27,542 nucleotides of DNA from the UHGV virus genome UHGV-0297460, one strand, 5' to 3'. This document shows, in pieces, positions 27,375 through 27,542 of the stretch. Positions within the stretch are counted from its first letter, which is position 1; the number at the start of each line of letters is the position of its first letter. The notes beneath the pieces were generated by a model. It made no database searches. It was not told the DNA's origin and saw only the letters and a program-made list of their open reading frames with translations. Both the position numbers and the translations under genes were made by a program. This DNA comes from a virus.

Positions 27375-27542
27375 ATGCACTTCCGAGTCACAGGTGAATG
27401 GAATGGAGAGCCATTCAACAGAGTTATCGAAGCAGAGAACATCAACGACTGCTATGACCACTGGATGCTGTGGGCGCAGATAGCACATGCAGACGTAACT
27501 AATATTCGAATTGAAGAACTGAAAGAACACCAAGCCGCCTGA
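27375..27542 (+). CDS. Small hypothetical protein (55 aa), ends at window edge
   Basis: Own translation MHFRVTGEWNGEPFNRVIEAENINDCYDHWMLWAQIAHADVTNIRIEELKEHQAA; GGAGATG SD; below the track cutoff. Confidence 0.4.
   Translation: MHFRVTGEWNGEPFNRVIEAENINDCYDHWMLWAQIAHADVTNIRIEELKEHQAA

Noticed and set aside
27295-27483. 62 aa plus-strand ORF
   Set aside because: Overlaps the better-supported 55 aa ORF starting at 27375, which has a proper SD; composition is not protein-like.

Overview
This window reads as a mosaic P22-like lambdoid phage or prophage genome segment of the enterobacterial type, with nearly all of its functional modules present. Calls rest on reading the supplied translations against remembered protein families (P22, lambda, DLP12) and on motifs read by eye; no database search or folding was run. 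Minus strand, from high to low coordinates: lambda-type immunity-right and replication genes (cro, cII, O-like initiator with origin iterons, DnaB-family helicase), a nin region (NinB, RusA, NinH and others), a Q-like antiterminator, a lambda-like lysis cassette (S, R, Rz with embedded Rz1), then a P22-type morphogenesis block (small and large terminase, portal, scaffold, coat, gp4, gp10, gp26 tail needle, gp14, gp7, start of gp20). Plus strand: a P22 C2-type repressor, PL/OL, nutL, an N-like antiterminator, a cIII-like gene, Erf, an SSB-like gene and a run of small early-left accessory genes. The most unusual feature is in the nin region at 15996-16808: two adjacent segments (114 bp and 67 bp) each recur as a perfect inverted copy about 410 bp away, and the arrangement leaves the N-terminal and C-terminal halves of one small nin gene on opposite strands. 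That is the signature of a DNA inversion or invertible segment, and is the best candidate for something undescribed. Other points of interest are a low-GC gene after N, the unassigned accessory cluster at 24961-27542, and a long structured PL leader.
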